Shown here one piece after another: positions 9,779 to 20,700 of a stretch of 64,000 nucleotides of DNA. Source of the stretch: Candidatus Sysuiplasma jiujiangense (GTDB lineage Archaea > Thermoplasmatota > Thermoplasmata > Sysuiplasmatales > Sysuiplasmataceae); NCBI GenBank assembly GCA_019721075.1, contig JAHEAD010000002.1:90949-154948 (forward strand), written 5' to 3'. Under the pieces are notes generated by a model. That model had not been told where the DNA came from. It made no database searches and saw only the letters and a program-made list of their open reading frames with translations. The position numbers were made by a program, and so were the translations under genes. How positions within the stretch are numbered: the stretch's first letter is position 1; each line of letters starts with the position of its first letter.

Positions 9779-9959
9779 CGTCCACGGCCCTCAAAACCTC
9801 TCCGCGAAAATTAGCTGTTCCTCCGGTAGGCGTTGCAAGCGTGCTTCCGCATATCCTGCAGGTAACTACAGTGGTCGCTCTTTCGAATGCAATCTGCTCG
9901 GAACTGCAGTCCGGGCATTTTATGACAACGAATCTTGCTCTCTTTCTGTTACCGGGCAT
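9762..9959 (-). CDS. rps27e: 30S ribosomal protein S27e
   Basis: KCPDCSSEQIAF...CRICGSTLATPTGG. Confidence 0.95.
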   Translation of the reverse strand: MPGNRKRARFVVIKCPDCSSEQIAFERATTVVTCRICGSTLATPTGGTANFRGEVLRAVDDAVSS

Positions 9960-9966
9960 TGCTGTC

Positions 9967-10245
9967 TCACTCCGTAAGTTCGAATTTTCTTGCCCTGAAT
10001 CCGGACACGGGATACGCCTTCTTGCAGGTCTTGCATCTGTATCTCAGCGCCACCCTCTTGGTCGGCTTTTCCCTCCCCTCCGGCTTCGGCCTGGGAAAAC
10101 CGCCATAACCGCTTGTGACTCTCCGGAACCTTCTCTGGCCTGCCCTGAGTTCGGAAGCTTTTCTCTTTCTGACCCTCTCGACGTCATGAGGCGTGTGACC
10201 CTTGCAGTAAGGGCAATAAGCCTGTATGATCTTTGGCATCTTCAA
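9967..10245 (-). CDS. rpl44e: 50S ribosomal protein L44e
   Basis: [35 protein letters not shown]. Confidence 0.96.
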   Translation of the reverse strand: MKMPKIIQAYCPYCKGHTPHDVERVRKRKASELRAGQRRFRRVTSGYGGFPRPKPEGREKPTKRVALRYRCKTCKKAYPVSGFRARKFELTE

Positions 10246-10468
10246 CTGTTACAGCTCCATCTAACTTTGTCATTTCAAAGATTCACCACATATAAAATGA
10301 TTATCGATTCAAGGACGGTTCATATCGGCTGCCTGTCAGTCGCACTCTGCGTCCTGTCCTGCCATCAGCCCATGGCACGATACTGCAATTGTCTTAGTCC
10401 GGGCCGCCGAATATATAAATACACATGAATATAGAAAGAAATTTATATCCGCGACTGTTTAAATCAGA

Positions 10469-10846
10469 ATGAGTCTGATGCCAAGCAGGGGTTTTACAAA
10501 GCAGGATGAAATGCTCGTTGAGTATCTGATTAACACCGGAATGGCAAAAAACATTGCAAAGACGCTTGTTTTCCTGAAAAAGAAAAACGAAACCACCTCT
10601 GTGGAGATAGAGACATCCACTGCCCTCAGGCAGCCCGAAGTATCCATAGCAATGCAGGATCTGAGGAGAAGGAAGTGGGTCGTGAAAAGGGATATCAAGA
10701 AGGAAGGAAAGGGGAGACCGGTTCACTCATACAGACTCGCATTACCGTTTGAATCCATCATAAAACAAATAGAAGACGAAGAGGCCAGGCGTATTCAGAA
10801 AATTGAATTGAACCTGAAGAGCCTCCGCGACTACAGCTCCAGGTGA
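10469..10846 (+). CDS. Archaeal winged-helix transcriptional regulator
   Basis: SVEIETSTALRQPEVSIAM helix-turn-helix and KGRPVHSY wing; TTTATAT TATA box upstream. Confidence 0.85.
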   Translation: MSLMPSRGFTKQDEMLVEYLINTGMAKNIAKTLVFLKKKNETTSVEIETSTALRQPEVSIAMQDLRRRKWVVKRDIKKEGKGRPVHSYRLALPFESIIKQIEDEEARRIQKIELNLKSLRDYSSR

Positions 10847-10850
10847 GCGC

Positions 10851-11549
10851 TCAGGAAGCGTTCCTCCTCAAGATTTTTGCACCGCTCTCCGAGCCGACGA
10901 CTACAGCGTGCGCAATGCCTACAAAGAGACCGCATTCAACTGTTCCCGGTATGCTGTCAATGTCCCTTTCCAGCTTGAGCGGATCGGCTATACTGTCAAA
11001 CTTGCAGTCTGCGATGTAATTTCCGTTGTCCGTTACATATACTGCCCGGCCTGATTCCCTGAGCACTGCATCAGCACCCAGTTCCGATAAATGATTCAAT
11101 GTGCACCTGCTTCCGAATTTCAGTATTTCCACCGGGACGGGCTGGCCATGCCCCAGGATGTCGACAATTTTCTGTTCATCGACAACTATTATCTCCTTCC
11201 GGGTTGAGGCTGCAACGATCTTCTCCCTGACCAGTGCACCGCCTCTTCCCTTTATCAGGTTGAGAGATCTGTCAACCTCATCCGCTCCATCAATAGTCAC
11301 CTCAATGTCGTCATGTTCATCCAGTGAGCTCAGCGTGATTCCGAGTTTGCGTGCGAGATCCGCCGTGGCATCTGAAGTCGGGATGGCGATTATTTCCATG
11401 CCTTCCGAAACAAGTTTTGAAATGGCAGTTGTTGCGTAGTTTGCGGTTCTGCCAGTACCGAGGCCGACGACCATTCCGCTCCTTACAAATTCACCGACGG
11501 CTGTTTCAGCGGCAATTCTCCTCTGTTTTTCAATCTGCGACGATTCCGT
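10851..11549 (-). CDS. rpiA: Ribose-5-phosphate isomerase A (N-terminus extends beyond first ATG at 11474)
   Basis: VGLGTG, TIDGADEVD, IKGRGGALVREKIVA, TDNGNYIAD, IPGTVECGLF; the upstream open frame gives QRRIAAETAVGEFVRSG. Confidence 0.93.
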   Translation of the reverse strand, partial: TESSQIEKQRRIAAETAVGEFVRSGMVVGLGTGRTANYATTAISKLVSEGMEIIAIPTSDATADLARKLGITLSSLDEHDDIEVTIDGADEVDRSLNLIKGRGGALVREKIVAASTRKEIIVVDEQKIVDILGHGQPVPVEILKFGSRCTLNHLSELGADAVLRESGRAVYVTDNGNYIADCKFDSIADPLKLERDIDSIPGTVECGLFVGIAHAVVVGSESGAKILRRNAS

Positions 11550-12269
11550 CTACATCACCGCATTGACGGCCTTTACGAGTTCCTCTACAACATACATGTT
11601 AATCTGGCTGCCCAGGTTGGCTGTCGCCTTTGAACTGTCTCCGATTATCCCTTCGGTCATGTATCTGCTCTTATGCCTGGGGATAAAAAAATCAGGCGTC
11701 TGGTCCTTTCCCTTTGGCCGGCTGTCCGATACAAGGGAGGGCCTGAATGCAAGCACCCTGCTAGTTTCAATTACGCCGCCATGGCCGTCGTCGGGAGGAA
11801 TGTCCTGCTTGCCTCTCAGTCTGTAGGCAATATCATAATCACAGAGAAGGATAATCTTCGTGTCGCCTGATTCGGCAACTTCTTCACAGGCCGACCTCAG
11901 GGCTGACATATGTGTCTGGGCGCCATGCCCCGAGAGGACAACGATCTTCCGTATCCCGTTCCTGACGAGTTCGCTCAATATGTCTTTTGCAACGGCATAG
12001 AGTGCTTGGTAACTTATCGAAATCGTTCCGGGATAATCACGCAGTGACGTTGAAACACCGTAAGGGAGTGCCGGAAGTACTATGCCATTGACCCTCTGGG
12101 CTACAAGATTGCATACCTCCCTTGCCTGGATTGTGTCGGAACCCAGGGGAAGATGGCTGCCGTGTTCCTCTGTTGCCCCTACTGGCAGGAAGACAACGGG
12201 ATCTTCCTTCACCCTCTCTGCAAATGACTTTAGATTCAATTCCTCATACAGCATAGTCATGGAAATCAC
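11550..12269 (-). CDS. Creatininase-family amidohydrolase
   Basis: LPVGATEEHGSHLPLGSD, SGHG, HGGVIETS metal motifs. Confidence 0.9.
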   Translation of the reverse strand: MISMTMLYEELNLKSFAERVKEDPVVFLPVGATEEHGSHLPLGSDTIQAREVCNLVAQRVNGIVLPALPYGVSTSLRDYPGTISISYQALYAVAKDILSELVRNGIRKIVVLSGHGAQTHMSALRSACEEVAESGDTKIILLCDYDIAYRLRGKQDIPPDDGHGGVIETSRVLAFRPSLVSDSRPKGKDQTPDFFIPRHKSRYMTEGIIGDSSKATANLGSQINMYVVEELVKAVNAVM

Positions 12270-12279
12270 ACAGCCCGAT

Positions 12280-12459
12280 TCATACCGGCCTGCTGCCGCT
12301 TTCGGCCGCCACTTTCCTTACGCCCACGCTCAATAGCTCTGTGCCGCACACAGGACACCTGCCATGCATAAGATGCTCGTTGCCGATTTCCTTCAATGAT
12401 TTTTTCAGTTCATCCAGTCTGTCATCCTGGATGCTCTTGTTGCACCTGGGGCAGTACAT
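12280..12459 (-). CDS. 59-aa zinc-finger microprotein (CPRC...CPVCG)
   Basis: Manual translation MYCPRCNKSIQDDRLDELKKSLKEIGNEHLMHGRCPVCGTELLSVGVRKVAAESGSRPV; stops 10 nt before the creatininase ORF; below the ORF-track cutoff. Confidence 0.8.
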   Translation of the reverse strand: MYCPRCNKSIQDDRLDELKKSLKEIGNEHLMHGRCPVCGTELLSVGVRKVAAESGSRPV

Positions 12460-12531
12460 TGTTACCTGATTTGTTCACTCATTGATAAATGCATTGTTTT
12501 TAAACCTGCAGCGCATAAATGTACCGTCGGC

Positions 12532-13236
12532 ATGAAGCTAGCTGCGTTGTTTTCCGGGGGAAAAGACTCGCTGTACGCAATGTACATAATGCTGCAGAAG
12601 GGACACGATATAGATTCTTTGCTGACGGTCATTCCTTCCGATCCTGCTTCGATGATGTTTCACACACCCAATATCGGACTCGCGTCCGCTTCTGCGGAAT
12701 GCATGGGAATACGGCACCTGACGGTGAAGGCGCGATCCGACCGGGAGCTTTCCTCACTACGGAAACTCATAGAGAATGCTTGCGACAGTGGAGCGGAAGG
12801 CATAATCACGGGCGCGATTCAGTCAGATTACCAGTATACCAGAATAGATGAAATCTGTCACGACACCGGGGTCAGATGCTTTTCGCCTCTCTGGAGGAAA
12901 GACGAGCTTATGCTGCTCAACGATATCGTTGCCTCGGGAATAAAGGCAATTATCGTCTCCACGGGTGCGGAGGGACTTGACTGGCGATTCCTCGGACGGA
13001 CAATAGACAACAGGATGATTACAGAACTGGCAGCCATCCATGACAGATACGGCGTGAATCTCTGCGGTGAGGGTGGAGAATACGAAACATTCGTCCTCGA
13101 TTCGCCGATACACAGGAAAGCCATTAGAATAGCGGAATACAGGAATGTCTCAGGCAACGGCACTTCAATGTTATGCGCCCTAAAAACTGAATTTATTGAA
13201 AAGATAGATGGAAATGGATTTTTAAAAATGGTTTGA
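12532..13236 (+). CDS. dph6: Diphthine--ammonia ligase (PP-loop ATPase)
   Basis: LFSGGKDS, SMMFHTPN, GAIQSDYQYTR, CGEGGEYETFVLDSP. Confidence 0.9.
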   Translation: MKLAALFSGGKDSLYAMYIMLQKGHDIDSLLTVIPSDPASMMFHTPNIGLASASAECMGIRHLTVKARSDRELSSLRKLIENACDSGAEGIITGAIQSDYQYTRIDEICHDTGVRCFSPLWRKDELMLLNDIVASGIKAIIVSTGAEGLDWRFLGRTIDNRMITELAAIHDRYGVNLCGEGGEYETFVLDSPIHRKAIRIAEYRNVSGNGTSMLCALKTEFIEKIDGNGFLKMV

Positions 13237-13252
13237 GGTTCCGGGGCAGGGA

Positions 13253-15046
13253 CTACTTTGCCCTGATAACAGGCAGGGCAGTCGGAATGTTTTCCTTGCC
13301 GAGCACATCAATGTAATACTTCTGTGCTATCTGTTTCTTGTACTCTTCTGTGTAGTCTCTCCTGAATTTGTCGAACCTGAGTTTCTTGCCCGTTTTATCC
13401 TCGTATTCCTTTGCAGGTATCGAGTATTTCCTCTGCACTTTGTCCCTGTACATCTCCGGAATCACATTGAAAGCGCAGAAGGGAACAACCCTGCCGTCCG
13501 GCATTGCATAGTGTATGTCACACTTCTCAACCCTGTCGACATCGTAGTTGTACGGGTCCATAAAGTGCATGAAGCCCAGGAAGATCGATTTCTTGTGGAA
13601 ATCCTTAAGGCCGTCATAGTTTCCGCTCATAAGTGCCTTGACGAGCATCCGCCTGATGTGCAGTTCGGGAGGTACCTTGTCGTAATCTATGAACGAGTTG
13701 ATCTTTGAGATGACCTGCAATCCTGCCTTTGCCCTTGCAATCTTCTTGTTCTTTGCATTATTTATGTCGTCCGCCCTTTCCTGCAGGTAATCGAACAGTC
13801 CGTCCACATCGATGAATCTTGTGACCGGGACGAGTTTGCCGTCATCCTGCCTGAACACGTATGTCCCTGCACCGCAGGCAAAGTGTATCGACAGTCTGTA
13901 CTTGTCCTCACCGGTAAATGCCTCGATGAAATTTGTCAGTTTGGTTGTCGACGGAACTGTGAAGAAATCCTCCTTCCCGATTTCGCCGTTTGTCTGCTCC
14001 TCGATCTTTTTGATACATCCGGGGATCGTGATTCTCTGCATTTCTCTCTGTTTCTTCGGCATTCTGCCGACAAGAGAAACAGGCTGGAAATTTACTGCCC
14101 TGACGACATCGCTGTTCTTTGCGCCGAATCTCACTATCGATCCAAGCTGATGGTCGTTCACACCGCCTATGACTGTGGGAACCAGAACGACGCCCAGATC
14201 TGCCTTCCTGCAGTTGTCGAGAGCCAGAGGTGCCTCGTAGTAGTTCTTTCTGTTGACTTCAGGCGTTACACCGTCAAAGCTCATGTAAACGACGTTCGAG
14301 CCCGCTTCCCTGACCGCCTTTACAAGCTCCGGCTTCCTGGAGAAATTCACCGAATCTGTGTTCAGCTGGACATGCTCGTAACCGATTTCTCTGGCAATCT
14401 TGATGATGTCGATTATGTCTTCCCTGAGCGTAGGTTCGCCGCCTGTAATCTGAACTGCGTTTGCGCCAATCGGCTTCTCATTTCTCATTTTCAGAAGCAT
14501 TTTCCTGATCTGGTCAAGGGTCGGCTCGTAGATGGGTTCGCCCTCTTTTGCGTAAAAGAAACAATACCAGCAGGCAAGATCGCACCTGTTGGTGACCACT
14601 ATGTTGCCCAGTCCGGTGTGTGATTTATGCTTTACACACAGACCGCAGTGCTTCGGGCAGTCGATCTTGGATGCTTTGAAATCAACCTGCGGATTGAGCA
14701 GTTTTATGCCGGGATCCTTGTGCCTCTCAGCCGAAATATACATGTCGAAGTCCTCCCAGTACTTGTCCTGGACTACGCCATGTTCCCTGCATTCTTTGAC
14801 CATGTTGACAAGGCCGTTCTGTGCATAAACAACAGCCGGTACCTTCATGGTATCCCATTTCTTGTCGGCTGTGCATTCTGGGCACAGGCTCATCGTTACC
14901 CTGAGCGGCCTCATGTCCCCCGTGAGGAGATGCTTGAGTGCACTCCAGGCCTCAGACCTGGAATTGAACCTTGCATTCGGACTTAATTCAAAGTCAGGTA
15001 TATCTTCCTCTTCGGAGGCAATTACATGTTCCATTATTGTAGCCAT
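13253..15046 (-). CDS. tes: Tetraether lipid synthase (GDGT-MAS), radical SAM
   Basis: N-terminal SLCPEC...KECREHG, CPKHCGLCVKH, VTNRCDLACWYCF, QITGGEPT, VNFQPVSLVGR, C-terminal CDIHYAMPDGRVVPFCAFN. Confidence 0.9.
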   Translation of the reverse strand: MATIMEHVIASEEEDIPDFELSPNARFNSRSEAWSALKHLLTGDMRPLRVTMSLCPECTADKKWDTMKVPAVVYAQNGLVNMVKECREHGVVQDKYWEDFDMYISAERHKDPGIKLLNPQVDFKASKIDCPKHCGLCVKHKSHTGLGNIVVTNRCDLACWYCFFYAKEGEPIYEPTLDQIRKMLLKMRNEKPIGANAVQITGGEPTLREDIIDIIKIAREIGYEHVQLNTDSVNFSRKPELVKAVREAGSNVVYMSFDGVTPEVNRKNYYEAPLALDNCRKADLGVVLVPTVIGGVNDHQLGSIVRFGAKNSDVVRAVNFQPVSLVGRMPKKQREMQRITIPGCIKKIEEQTNGEIGKEDFFTVPSTTKLTNFIEAFTGEDKYRLSIHFACGAGTYVFRQDDGKLVPVTRFIDVDGLFDYLQERADDINNAKNKKIARAKAGLQVISKINSFIDYDKVPPELHIRRMLVKALMSGNYDGLKDFHKKSIFLGFMHFMDPYNYDVDRVEKCDIHYAMPDGRVVPFCAFNVIPEMYRDKVQRKYSIPAKEYEDKTGKKLRFDKFRRDYTEEYKKQIAQKYYIDVLGKENIPTALPVIRAK

Positions 15047-15541
15047 ATTCAGCCCGACCTTTCGAATTGAGCTGTTTAATTTAAACATTTTGTAGTTGAC
15101 GACGCTACTCCGACACCTGAAATCATACCAATGTCAGTCTACTACCTGATGCCCATAAAAACAGATGACAGAATAGAACGGGAGGTGAATGCGGCACCTG
15201 GCCCCCGTTTCAGGCATATCGAATGGACGACGGCGTACAGCCTTCCCTGATATGCCATTAACAATGATACGTGAAACGCTTCATGACCGCATAATGCAGG
15301 AATCAGACGGCTGAACTCCGTTGCACGACGCAACCGTTCAGCCCATGCTTCACAATGTTCATGCTGAAACATGTTCTGAAATCTGCAAAGTCACAGGCAT
15401 CATCATGCTCCGGCCCGTTGCGACACCTAATGTGCGGGACTGCTGAACTATCCGAAATTGATATTAAGTCTTTCCGTCCTACAGTTTAGAAACGACCCGA
15501 TTTGTGCCCGGGATTTGGGCAATTTAAACGAGGCAAAAATA

Positions 15542-16033
15542 ATGAAACCGCTGACAAGTGGATCCGATGCACCGGATTTTACGCTGAAATCGCCCGATGG
15601 AGTGCTGGTTAATCTGAAAACAGCTCTGGCTGCCGGTCCGGCAGTCGTTGTTCTGCTTCCGGACATAACTCACCAGGACTCCATATCGGTGGTAGAAAAC
15701 TTCAGGGATGACTTCAATGAGTTCAAGGCGCTGCGAGCCAGTGTCATAACAGTAATCAGGGCACCCGATGAGGATGTCGGCAGGCTGCACAGCGAACATG
15801 AGCTGCCCTTCCCCATATTCTCGGACAAGACGGGTGAGATTTTCAGGAAATTCAAATCACTCGATGGTCTTCTGGTGAAGAAACCTCGGAAATATGCCTG
15901 CGTAGTGAACACCGATGGAAGAATAACAAAGGCATTCAGAAGTGTTGACGCAAACAAGCTCAGCAGGCAGACACTGTATGCCTTGAGGGATCAGATGGGG
16001 AGATCGGCGCTGAAAAACAGGAAGCAGGTGTAA
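15542..16033 (+). CDS. Peroxiredoxin (BCP/AhpC-TSA)-fold protein lacking the peroxidatic Cys
   Basis: GSDAPDFTL, LPFPIFSD, R..CVVNTDGRI; PxxxTxxC position reads PDITHQDS. Confidence 0.8.
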   Translation: MKPLTSGSDAPDFTLKSPDGVLVNLKTALAAGPAVVVLLPDITHQDSISVVENFRDDFNEFKALRASVITVIRAPDEDVGRLHSEHELPFPIFSDKTGEIFRKFKSLDGLLVKKPRKYACVVNTDGRITKAFRSVDANKLSRQTLYALRDQMGRSALKNRKQV

Positions 16034-16036
16034 TTT

Positions 16037-16987
16037 TTGGCCGTCTTTCTCAGAGAGAGCGATGTCGACCGGCTTGTAGGCATCAGGGAAGCAATTGATA
16101 TTCTCAGGGACTCGTTCAGGATGGAATCCGAAGGCCGTGCCAGGATATTGCCCAGGAGCAGAATCAGATCCGTCGACGGCACCCTCAATGTCATGGCATC
16201 TACCATAGACGACCTCTCCGTTTCCGGACTCAAGGCTTACTTCGGCGGAAGGGGAGGAGTGAGTTTTGTTGTGATACTTTTTTCGACGAAGGAATGCAGG
16301 ACACTTGCGGTGATAGAAGCAGGAAGACTCGGACAGATCAGGACCGGAGCAATGTCCGGGCTTGTAACAGACATCATGGCAGTCAGGGATGCCCACCTGC
16401 TCGGATGCATAGGGACAGGTTACCAGGCTGAAACGCAGGTGGAAGCTGTTGCTGCTGTGCGTGATATCAATAAGATAATAGTCTGGAGCAGGACAGCAGA
16501 AAACAGGAGGAAATTCGCTGACAGAATGCGGGAGAAACTGGGAATTGATACCATCCACGCAGAAAGCGTTTCTGAACTGAAACGGTGCGACGTGCTGATA
16601 ACCGCTACCTCCTCCAGGACTCCGGTGATATCAGCATCGGACGTTCCGGATACGTGCCACATAAATGCGATCGGTGCAAACAGAATGGAATCGAAAGAGC
16701 TTGAAACGGAGACTGTTTGCTCGGCAGGCAGAATCGTTGTGGATTCCATAGAACAGGCTAAACAAGAAGCCAGGGATATTGTGGATGCCGTTTCCTCTTC
16801 CTGCCTGGACTGGCGGGACATTACAGAGGTGCATGAATTAGTATCCGGGCATGCAAAAAAGATCAAGGGGAGAGAAAACGGAATAACAATTTTCAAATCG
16901 CTTGGAATCGCGCTTGAGGATGTGGCCATAGGCAAATACGTCTACGACAGCGCGATTAAAACCGGCATCGGCACTGAACTGCAATGA
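16037..16987 (+). CDS. Ornithine cyclodeaminase/mu-crystallin family (archaeal alanine dehydrogenase-like)
   Basis: RTGAMSG, IGTGYQAETQ, TATSS, HINAIGA, FKSLGIALEDVA. Confidence 0.9.
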   Translation: MAVFLRESDVDRLVGIREAIDILRDSFRMESEGRARILPRSRIRSVDGTLNVMASTIDDLSVSGLKAYFGGRGGVSFVVILFSTKECRTLAVIEAGRLGQIRTGAMSGLVTDIMAVRDAHLLGCIGTGYQAETQVEAVAAVRDINKIIVWSRTAENRRKFADRMREKLGIDTIHAESVSELKRCDVLITATSSRTPVISASDVPDTCHINAIGANRMESKELETETVCSAGRIVVDSIEQAKQEARDIVDAVSSSCLDWRDITEVHELVSGHAKKIKGRENGITIFKSLGIALEDVAIGKYVYDSAIKTGIGTELQ

Positions 16988-17028
16988 GGTCACGCGGCGG
17001 TGACGCATGTATTTTGCCTGCAGCACTA

Positions 17029-17601
17029 TCAGGAAACCTTTGCACCGCAGGATGCGCAGAAAGAGGCACCTTCCACCAGTTTCGAGCCACATCTGGAACA
17101 GTACTGCGACGGGGCTGAGCTGACTGCAGGATTGAGATTGGCATAAGCCCTCTGGTCATGAGGAAGCATCGGCGGAGTGAACGGAGTCCCGGCAGTAGCT
17201 GTGCCCTGGCTCAGCCTGTGAGCATCCGCCCTGAGCCAATCCCAGAATTTCTTTTCAAATTCATGGGCCATGTAATAACTTGCTCCACCCGCGACGGCCC
17301 CGCCGATAACACCGAAGATGATAAAACCCTCCACTGCCGGAACGGCAACATCCCTGCCCCACGCGCCTGTTCTCAGGGTCACATCGCACACAGTACTGTT
17401 TCCCGTGATCATGACGTCCACGTCACGTATTGCTCCTACCGCGACCGAGAGCGTTGAACCCTTGTGAGCCTTAATTTCATAGAAGCCTTCCCTCCCCTCG
17501 TCGAGAAGAATCTTGAGACCCTCGGAGGTAAGATGCTGCTTGACATCCTCATAAAGCTGCTTAGGATCAACGCCGTTAAGTGGCATGCGTTCTTCTTTCA
17601 T
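17029..17601 (-). CDS. Hypothetical protein with Gly-rich hydrophobic segment and C-terminal zinc ribbon
   Basis: YCSRCGSKLVEGASFCASCGAKV; FIIFGVIGGAVAGG. Confidence 0.75.
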   Translation of the reverse strand: MKEERMPLNGVDPKQLYEDVKQHLTSEGLKILLDEGREGFYEIKAHKGSTLSVAVGAIRDVDVMITGNSTVCDVTLRTGAWGRDVAVPAVEGFIIFGVIGGAVAGGASYYMAHEFEKKFWDWLRADAHRLSQGTATAGTPFTPPMLPHDQRAYANLNPAVSSAPSQYCSRCGSKLVEGASFCASCGAKVS

Positions 17602-17776
17602 ATGCAGACCGCCTTTTTTACAACGGAATTGCAGCCATGGTTATAAACATTGAGCAATATGCCTGCCTGGAAATTTCATTGACTCGGCTAAGCGAAGTGC
17701 CAAATCTTTTTTATTGATTGCAGCATAGACGCAATAGACAGGATTCCGGAAAATAAAAAAGAGCGGTACAGGATAA

Positions 17777-20700
17777 ATGAAAAGCATCCACATTCTTGAA
17801 ACTGATCCTGAGAAGTATCTCCTGGCAGATTACAGTGATCGCGGTCTGCAAACCGGAAGGTCCGTCTACGTCTTTCCGGACACCATCGCGATTTCCGAAG
17901 CCAGGGATTTGCTCCTCCGGCATCATGACGCCATAGATTCCTCCCTCTTCATGACGCTGGAGGGACTCGCTTCCCACGTAGTCAGGGAGGTGACCGGTGA
18001 GCAGCCGCTGCTTCTGACCGATGATCTGAAGGCACTGCTCGCAAGGTATGTGTTCAGGGGGATGAAAACAGCCGGAACGAGACTCCCGGAGGAGTACTCG
18101 GATATCCTGGTGAGGGATTACGAAACACTTCGTCCGTTGCAGACCGACAGGAAGGAGTGGATAAGAACACTCCTCGAAGGATCGGAGGCCGAATTTGACA
18201 AAGGAAAATTTGATTTCAGGATTTCTGTTCTTGATGAATTCTCAGCCCTGATTGAAGAAAGACTGAAAGTGCTTGCCGAAAACGGAATATACGATAGAAC
18301 CGGTCTGATAAGGAAGGCCACGGAACTTCTCAAATCGGCAGATTCCTGTCGCATCGGAAAGGTGAATTTTTTCTTTCTGCACTTTGCGGATCCTGCCGTT
18401 CTCTCCTTCATACTCGGCTTCGCAGTGACAGCTGAAGTGAGACTAGTAGCCGGCATGGATCAGGCAGAATCGTCGTCCCCCGCCCTTTCCAGATTCCGTT
18501 CCATTGAAGGTGTGGTAGTCCGTAAAGACGAGGACGGAGAAAATATCAAAGGCTGCCGGCAGCCTCCTGAGATTGAATTCTTCGGCGCACCGGACAGGAG
18601 AAGAGAAATAATTCAGATCGCAAGGACGATAAGGAGGAGGATTTCCGAAGGTGGATGCAGAGAGTCTGATTTCAAGATACTGGCCAGGAACATAGACGAT
18701 TACGACAGCGCGGCCAGGGACATACTGAATGAGTACGGTCTTGCGGTGGAAAGGGGGAGGAGAAGACTGCTGGAGGACGATCCGGTCTTTGCCGGAGTGG
18801 AAAATTTTTTCAGATGCCTGGAGGAGGACGCAACAAAGGAAGATTTTCTCCGCATAATACCAGAGGCCGACTACAGGATACTGCTGTCGGACAGCAGGCT
18901 CTCCAAGTCGCTGGAGAGATTGCCTTCCATGTTAAGATCCTGGCGAAGAGAAACATTCAGACGGAACGGATATGATATTGATGGCTGCTGGTCCCGCACA
19001 TCTGAACTTGCAACAGTACTCTCAGACCTGAAACTGAAGTCGAGCACTCCCCACTCTGTTGGCGAATGGGTTGAAGTAGTGGAAGAGACGGCAAACAGAA
19101 TTACTGCAGCGAATGGTTCAGCGGAGTCCTCCAGGTTTATTCCGGAACTCATGTCCGCTGCAGTTTCCTGGTCTGCAGTCTGCAATTTGACTGGACTGGA
19201 AAAACTCACCCTCGGTGATTTCCTGACGCTTTTCCGCAGCCTGGGGAAGAGTGACACCGGTGAAGGTCGCAGCGAAAGGAGCGGTATTTTACTCACAGAC
19301 GTCGGAATCACATATTTCAGAAGGGCGGCAGGCACCTTCATAGTAGGAGCAAATTTCGAAATATTTCCGAGGGGTGCGGAACAGAATTCATTCCTGCCAG
19401 TGAAAATACTTGATTGTCTCGAACGAAGCGGCATAGAGACAAGAAGATGCACGAGAGTGGTTGATTCTGCAGAGAGATGGTATTACCTGAAGGCAAGGGG
19501 ATTGACCGACAGACTTACGGTTTCATTCATCTCCAACCCGGAGGTTGCTGGTTACGGAATTCCATCGCCGTTCATAATCGAGGAGATCAAAAAGAGGGGG
19601 AACGATGGAGATCCAATTTCTATCGCATATGACAGCAACCTGCCGGCAGGAAAATATATTCAGGATCCCGGCGAGGAAATTCTCGCGCCTGCGGAGATCG
19701 GGCAGATGCTCGCGTACCGGTTTGGCTGCAGCCGTCGGTATGCGGAGGAGGATTTCTTCGCCGAAATGTGGAAACGCGCATGCAAAGTCCCATTCAGTGA
19801 ATTCAGCCGGAGGCTTTCAAGATTCGACTCAAAATATCTCGAATGGAATTTTTCCGCCGCCAGTATAGCACCCCTTACATCAGACAGAATCCTTTCACCG
19901 ACAGATCTGAACCAGTATGCGAAATGCCCTTTCAGATTCGTCCTGACAAGACTTATGAAACTTTCCGCTGCTTACGGCGATTTCGAACAAATCGGAATCG
20001 GGAGAGACGTTCATGCCATACTCAAGACTTTTTTAAAGTTGCCGGACAGGGAGAGCATCGGAGACATGGATGCCCGGATGCTTAAACGCGCGATTGAAGC
20101 GGCAGTTGACGCCTACTATTCACGCCAGTACACGGATGATTATCTCAGTGAGCCAGTGGCCATTACCGGAACTGACAGGGTTAAATCGGCACTCTTCCTG
20201 TTCCTCAGCAGGGAACGGGAGCTGCAGAAGCTGACATGCAGCACAATAGAACTTACGGAACACAGTTTCGGCACACCCGGCGGTATATTCAGGATTGGAG
20301 AATTTGAGTTCAGGGGTATCATCGACAGGGTAGATACCGTACCGCTGGAAGATCACGGTGCAATCCTGCTGGATTATAAATTCACCACGCCCGCGAGGCT
20401 GAAAAGCTATTTCAGAACAGATGCAGACCTGCCGCTTGATTTCGAGATACCCGTCTATTCCATTTACCTCAGGGATGAACTCGGATACAAAATCCGTGCT
20501 GCTTTATATTATTCGATTCTCAAATCGAACGGCCTGCCCGATCGTGCAGGCATAGTGGTTCAGGAGTCGGCCGGAAAAGTATTTCCGGATTTACCACGCA
20601 GAAAAACCGTTCAGCTGCGCGTTATGCCAGAAAGGGAACTTGATGCGGAAATTGAGAAGTTCAGGAGGAATATAATTTCGCTTGCGTCGGAAATCAGGTC

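Noticed and set aside
12280..12459. RNase P subunit Rpp21
   Set aside because: Too short, lacks the N-terminal helices and the basic residue pattern
15142..15372. 76-aa ORF and a GGAGGTGA-ATG ORF upstream of tes
   Set aside because: No motifs; the SD abuts the ATG with no spacing; likely a divergent promoter region
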